DNA of 64,000 nucleotides from Chrysemys picta bellii (taxonomy: Eukaryota), in the NCBI RefSeq assembly GCF_011386835.1, contig NC_088815.1, positions 15,314,001 to 15,378,000 on the forward strand. The letters run 5' to 3'. This document shows positions 57,780 to 64,000 of the stretch, piece by piece. Below the pieces are notes generated by a model. It saw only the letters and a program-made list of their open reading frames with translations. It searched no databases and had not been told where the DNA came from. Both the position numbers and the translations under genes were made by a program. The stretch's first letter is position 1; the number at the start of each line of letters is the position of its first letter.

Positions 57780-58902
57780 AATGGAGTCTCTAGTGGTTAT
57801 TTTCTTCTAGCATTTGTAAACATGTAATACAAAAATATTTTCTTTTCACTCTATTCTTTCTGGAGATATGCTGATCACAACCACTGAGGATTAGAGGGCA
57901 ACTTTCCCCTCCCTCCTAGGTTTACAACAGGGTTAGTTATTTCCACCCTGGCTCTCAGCAGTACATTAACACAGACATTGGCAAAGTCAGGTGAAAACAG
58001 ACAAGAAGCAGACATTTCAGTACAGCGTCTTTCTTTATCACTGTTTGAAAAAATGAAAGGTTTTACCCAAAGAAACTATCTGATAATTTAACATATGATG
58101 AACACTATAGAGAGCAAGGTACAGCCATAGCAGTTGTCAAACTGTTCCATTCAAAGATCTCCATTAAGCAATGGAAGTGCAGTTATGAAAGATTCCCTCA
58201 TGAAAATCCAAGCTGCGGCACAGAACAGCTGAGCACTTAAGGAAAGAGGACTTCGGGTTCTTGCCACTGTGTGGGAAAAGACGTTCTGTAGGTGTTAGAG
58301 AAATCATTAGTTTATATTAATTAGCGACAGGGCCCTGTAGTGCAGGCAGGACTCTCAGAAGGCAGAGAAGACCCCCCAAAAGCAAGCTGCTGTTGCTTGG
58401 CAAGTACAAGCTCCGGCAAGCCACAGCTGAGAGATATTTGTACCATGCCGGCGAGGAGGCTATAGTTTGGGTTTGCATGCACTGTGAATGACAGAGCCTC
58501 AAGATTTCTGTGTAAACCAAAGTAAATGATTTAAGAAAAGGATAAAGAAAAGCAGTTAGAGTTCTCTTCTGAGAAGATCTCGGTTTGTCCAGAAACTAAT
58601 GATCCAAGCTGAACTTCGGGTTTACTGCTCTCCCCTGGGCACACAAACAAGAACAGACAACAATCATTTCAATCCATACATTTTGCATGTTTGCCATATC
58701 CAGACTTGATGTTTGCATTATGATGGCAGTTTTAAATACCATGTGATGGGCCCCTCTCCACTCAGCCTTCACTTTCCCTCTCCCCACAAAAGAGTGAACG
58801 GCCAAGGAAACACCGAACTATAAATACAGGACAGGAAGTTCTCGGGTTGCGCTCCGTAGTCCACGCAGCTGATTCAGCTGATGCCTTAGTTTTTAGTAGG
58901 TG

Positions 58903-59138
58903 TTAGTCCAGCTCATTGGCCATTTCATCATCTGTTAGACTCTGTCCATTAACAGCTGGAGAATCATACCGGCCTTGTGATAAATCCTCAAAATCCTGAC
59001 TCATGGTTGGAGAAATAATGTCAGGACTTGTGTCACAAGACTCGGTGCTCTGCTCAGAGGTAGCAATGGTGGTCGCCGTGCTTTTTGGAATAGGGTCAAA
59101 ATCATCGTCGTCTTCTAGAATTGGAGATTCATGAATAT
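58903..59138 (-). CDS. KXD1: KXD1 terminal coding exon
   Basis: ctttcAG| acceptor; acidic Ser/Thr-rich tail; TAA stop. Confidence 0.94.
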
Positions 59139-62100
59139 CTGAAAGGAGAGAGACAATTGTTACCTCGACTGTTTATTCTATCTGCATAAAGACGACAGGA
59201 CTCCAGGTATCTTTGCCACATAAGCTGCTCCAACTACCCAGAGTAAAGAAGACATGGTACAGGTATCAGCAAGTGGAAACAGATGAGTGCAGAAGGAATC
59301 CTCAAACACCACCGAAATGGATTCAGGAAGGACTCAAGAGTGCTAGTGTGACGTTATTGATGTAATCTGGGACCATATAGAACATGGTTGCAACCAAAGT
59401 CCTGTAGTGGCACCAAATCTTGTATAAAGGGGGTCAAATGAGGTGTCTAAGACAAGGTTATGGTTTGCTGGTTATGATTATGCTGTCTATATGTGTTTAT
59501 CAATTTTGTAGTTGAAGTTATGAATATTAGCTCTATGCTTATGCTATGCTTCTGGGAAACATCCCAGCAAGTTGGTGTTAGCTCTGCCTAGCCTGCTTGA
59601 TGGCTCATTAAGGACCATCAGCTATACAATTAACCCATTGAGAGAAGGCAAATACGCCTTGCAACTCAGCAAAGTATGCAGGGACTGGCCCATGTGACTC
59701 CAGACTCCATTTTTCCACAGTAAGGACAAAGAGGTGTTCTTACACCTGGAAAAGACTACAAATGGCTGATGCCTCTCCTCCATCTTGTCTTCAATCCTGC
59801 TTCTTACCTCTGGAGGGACTTTGCTACGAATGGAAGCTCTACACAAAGGACTGATGACCCATCCCAGCTGGGGATGTTCCAGAGACTTGATTTTGATCCT
59901 GCAGTTTATTTCATCACTGCTACAAGCCGAACCAAGAACTTTGCCATTACTGTATGTAATTGATTCCATTTAACCAATTCTAGCTCTCATCTATATCTTT
60001 TTCCTTTTATGAATAAACCTTTAGATTTTAGATTCTAAAGGATTGGCGATAGCGTGATTTGTGGGTAAGTTCTGATTTGTATATTGACCTGGGTCTGGGG
60101 CTTGATCCTTTAAGATCAGGAGAACCTTTTTTCTTTTACTGGGGTATTGGTTTTCATAACCATTTGTCCCCATAACAAGTGGCACTGGTGGTGATACTGG
60201 GAAACTGGAGTGTCTAAGGGAATTGCTTGTGTGACTTGTGGTTAGCCAGGGGGGGTGAGACCAAAGTCCTCTTTGTCTGGATGGTTTGGTGTTGCCTTAG
60301 AGGTGGAAAAACCCCAGTCTAGGGCCGTAACTGCCCTGTTTTAAGCAATTTGTCCTGAATTGGCACTCTCAGTTGGGTCCCGCCAGAACCGCATTGTTAC
60401 AGCTAGAACTTACAATTTCTATTTCAAAAAACTTTGGCTGCTCATTATTGTAGTAACAAAAAACCTGCCAGCTCTTTTGCTGTGATGTGCACTCAACTTG
60501 GCCGCCATTTGCAGCTTTGTACCCTACACGCAGCCACCTTTCCCTGGGTAACACAGAGGTGTTTAAAAAAAAAATCTCTCTCGAGACTCCCCACTGCAAG
60601 CTGCCAGACCCCTGGCCCAAACACACATTTCTCTTTAGCTTCGGATGCCCTGGGACTCTAGAGCGACCAGTGCTTTATTACCAAGAAGTACTGATTTATC
60701 AGAGTGGAAGGAAGCCAATATAAAGGCTGCAAGTCAGATTGAATAACAAGGAGACACTCACTGCTGAACGCTTCTGGGTACTGTTTGGCCAGCTTCCCTT
60801 TCAGGGTCCTGTAAGGGGACAGGAGGGACAAGAGAAAGAGAGCGGAGTTTGAACAAAGTACATAAATCTCTCTACCAACCCTCTGCCCCCCTCCGCTCCA
60901 ACGGAAGAGCTGCCAAGTATTCAGCAGAACAAGCTTTGTTGCAGGAACCCTTTAAGCAGATTAAGATAAAATGCCATTGCGCTGCACGTTCATGCTGTCA
61001 CAGGAACGGAAATCCCAGGCCCTCCGGAGCTCTGGACCCTGCTGAACAAAGGCTAGATGTGAGGTGTGAAGTGTCACGGTCCTAACCACATCTCCTCTCG
61101 CCAGATGTTGCCCAAGGGACATTTCCCTTCAAACGTTTTATTAAACCCCATAGCAAGCAGGGAGCCTGAGGTCCCTTCCCACCCTGGAGATGGGGCACTG
61201 CTGCGTTGAGATGTGTCACGCGCCCCAACCAAGGAGCAGCAGCTCCAGGACCCCTGATGGCTCCAGCAGCCTCCTGGTCTCTTCACGGACTGTCTGCTTG
61301 CTGCACCTCCCCCCCATATGGCAGGGGCACCTGCTGCTGCTCTCCATGCACTGAGAAGTAAAGTGGCCAAAACACCCCCCCCTCGCCCCAGAGCTTTTGT
61401 ATAAAATAATTCACTACAAATCAACAAATACTCTACTGCCTTGCAGACTCTTGACAGTCTCATGACTTTACCTCCACCTTAGCAAAGACAAGGCTGTCCC
61501 CAGAATTGAAATCAGAAGTTTTTAAATAATATTTAATCCTTTTCTACCGCCTTTTACCCAAGGATATCACATCCCCACAAGCATTAAGCCGCACAAGGCC
61601 TGTGAGGTGGGTCTGCATTATCCCCATTTTGCAGAGGCATGGAGAGGTGAAGTAGCTTGATCAGTCACACAGTCAGTGGCAGAGCTAGGACTGGAAGCCA
61701 GGAGCCCTGACACCCAATGTACTATGGAAAGCGCCACATCCCTCCTCCTCCCACGTTGGTTTGTTTTGCAGAGTAAAAGCAAGCTATGCCTTTTATTCAC
61801 TCCCCTTCTGAATGTGTTTGTTAGTCACCATTCCGTTGTTTTGTGACCCTCCCGGGGTGCTGTACAGAGGTCACTGTGTCTCAGTAACCTTGTCTGGGAC
61901 AGGGAAAGCAGGGCAGGACACCCTTTGAATCCTCTCAAGGCCCTTCCTCTATCATCCAGCAGGAGGCACTGTAGAGACATGCAGCATCCCAGACCCTGAA
62001 TCCAGAACCCACCTGATTCTTCGGAATATACTATCTAGATCTTTCTTCATTTCCACCAGCGTCCTAGTGTGATGCAGGAACCTCTCATTCATCTGCTGCA

Positions 62101-63136
62101 TGCGTACATTGGATAGATTATTGAAGTTGAGCAGCATCTCGTTGGTTTTCTCAAATCTATCGAGCCTAGAGCGAGGAAGAGACATGGGAAATTTGTCCAC
62201 GAGTTTCCAAAAACAAAGCACACCAGGTAAGATTCTTCACAATGATCTCAAAACATGCACAAACCCCACAAAAGAAAGAAAGAAAATTCTAACCGTCTTT
62301 TCCCCACCTTGAAAAGCTTTCCAAGCGATTAAAGCCCCAATCCTGCCTGGAAAACTCTGCATGCAAAATTCCATCGTGGGCAAAACCCTAGTGAAATCAA
62401 TCAGAGTCTAATGGACTATTTCTCCTGACAGAAAAGTTGTCAGGAAATTTGGGGGTGGAGGGAAGAATTCAAAACAAGTGAATTGAGGAGTTTGAAGAAG
62501 CAGCAAGAAGGGAGAACAGACATGAAGATCAGCTAAGACGTGCCAGATGGACTTTTCTTAATATTTAAAATTTGTTTAAAAAAGGAAAGGAATTCAGCAC
62601 TCAGAATGGTGCTGACTTGACAGTACTGCAGACTAAAGGCCTCTGTTTATTCCCAGAATTGACAAAGCACCAGCAATTGAGGAAGCTTGCATTACCACAA
62701 AGCGGCTCACCCATGCCCTGGAAAGATCAGCTCTTTCCATCTTTGACCTCTCAGCAGGGCAGCCTACAAGTGGCAAATGTAACCCTCTCTCCTGCAGCCC
62801 AGACACATGCCCACTAGGAATTGAACTAAGACCTTGCAACTCATTTTGACAGGCACTGAACAGAACAGCTGCCAGTTAGTCACTAGGACAGATTTGAAGT
62901 AATGACCGGGGGTTTTGTAGCCCATGCCAACCCCACCGAATCATCCAGTTTCTCTAAATTACTAACAATTAGAAGGATATTTGTATATTTATTGGACAGA
63001 ACAGCAGGGTTTTTCGGCTGATAAGATTCCACGGGACTCACATATTCTTCTGAGCCAAAATGATGGCGTTCACGTCTTCAGAGTTCACCATACTTAGCAC
63101 CCTGCTGCAAAACACACCGGAGGCTGTGGGCTCCAT
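58903..63136 (-). CDS. KXD1: KxDL motif-containing protein 1 (BORC subunit); join(63136..63042, 62165..62013, 60808..60762, 59138..58903), 176 aa
   Basis: [50 protein letters not shown]...[42 protein letters not shown]...ELD*; contains the KKDL motif; phases 2,2,1. Confidence 0.97.
59347..60401 (+). mobile_element. Solo LTR (1055 bp) in the last KXD1 intron, antisense to KXD1
   Basis: TGTGAC...GTTACA termini; 5-bp TSD GCTAG on both sides; AATAAA at about 60012; no internal coding sequence. Confidence 0.88.
60762..60808 (-). CDS. KXD1: KXD1 coding exon 3
   Basis: 47 nt encoding [15 protein letters not shown]; donor A|GTGAGT. Confidence 0.94.
61565..61725 (-). mobile_element. MIR-like SINE fragment
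   Basis: attatccccattttgcagagg...cagtcagtggcagagctagga. Confidence 0.7.
62013..62165 (-). CDS. KXD1: KXD1 coding exon 2 (KxDL domain)
   Basis: ctctAG| acceptor; AG|GTGGGT donor. Confidence 0.97.
63042..63136 (-). CDS. KXD1: KXD1 coding exon 1
   Basis: aaaATGG Kozak context; donor AT|GTGAGT. Confidence 0.95.
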
Positions 63137-63937
63137 TTTACTGTACACTGCAGCCTGCAGGAAGGGATAGAGATACAGAGGGGAAGTTCATAGGGCTGCT
63201 CATAAAAAATACAAAGCAGCTTCCTTCACCGGCCCTAGCAACAATTAACAGCATCGGACACCCCTCAAACTGTTTTTCACAACAGTCAGATCCTTGAGGA
63301 AGGAAGAGAGCAGAATCCCTACCGGACCAGCTAGGCCTTCGCTGCTACCCGAACCATAACCAGAACTGCAGCAAAGAGACCAAAGCTGCTCGCTAGGCCC
63401 TGCAGCCCTTCACCCTCTCCCTGAGAGCAAGATCTAATCCCGCTACGGAGATGCCCAGCCAAAGCCACACACCTAGACAGCTCATGGGATAAAGTACTGC
63501 CCCACCTACCCCAAGAAGGAAATTTGGATCCTTTATAGACATGTCCATCTAGAAAGGGCTTGTGCCTGGCTAGAGACCCTTCCAGCCCCTTGGATGGGGA
63601 CTACCCCAACTCCAAAACCCCTCAAGCCCTTTCCCTATGGGCCCCAGCTGTCCCCACTGAATGCAGACCCCACGGGATGGTGACACCCTAGAACACTTCT
63701 CCCTACAGGGCCCCGCCCCCATAACCCTCCCCTAGGGAACCCCCTACCCCTCCATAAGCCCTCTCCCTATAGGACCCTCAAAGCCCTTCCCCTGCTGGAT
63801 AGGGACAGCTCAAGACCCCTCCTCGTATGGAATCACCGCTCCCCATTGGATGGAGACCCCCAAAGCCCCGCCCCATGGCAGCCGGGGCCCCCCATTGGCT
63901 GGGAACCCCCCTGACTCCCCCGCCGGAGGCCGCGCAC

Positions 63938-64000
63938 CTGGACGGGCCGCTCTCCCCCGCCCAGCCTGGGGCCGCCGCCTTCACATAACGGAAGCGGCGC
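63938..64000 (-). promoter_or_regulatory. KXD1: Probable KXD1 non-coding first exon / CpG-island promoter
   Basis: Donor CAG|GTGCGC at 63937; CpG-rich; ETS-like CGGAAG at the window end. Confidence 0.55.

Overview
GC-rich vertebrate genomic DNA, most likely from a turtle (inferred from the repeat complement: CR1, MIR-like CORE-SINEs, and hAT, Harbinger and Penelope-type elements). It carries the block syntenic with human 19p13.11: TMEM59L (-, first 3 coding exons, gene runs off the left edge), CRLF1 (+, 8 coding exons, 387 aa), REX1BD/C19orf60 (-, 5 exons), UBA52 (-, non-coding 5'TOP exon plus 4 coding exons, 128 aa) and KXD1 (-, 4 coding exons, 176 aa; 5' exon at the right edge). I placed exon boundaries by hand from GT/AG signals; phases are consistent throughout. 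No prokaryotic-type system, CRISPR array or RNA gene is supportable. The main observations are: three identical paired-homeodomain P3 palindromes in and around CRLF1; a VNTR that multiplies SOX9-type sites in a CRLF1 intron; a CRLF1 5' end with a short signal-peptide exon plus a second ATG-less TATA/CpG promoter; a CRLF1 last exon read in a different frame from the mammalian one; a back-to-back bidirectional polyA signal; and splice phases that would make a KXD1-UBA52 read-through an in-frame KxDL-ubiquitin-eL40 fusion. Cross-species comparisons are from memory and were not searched.
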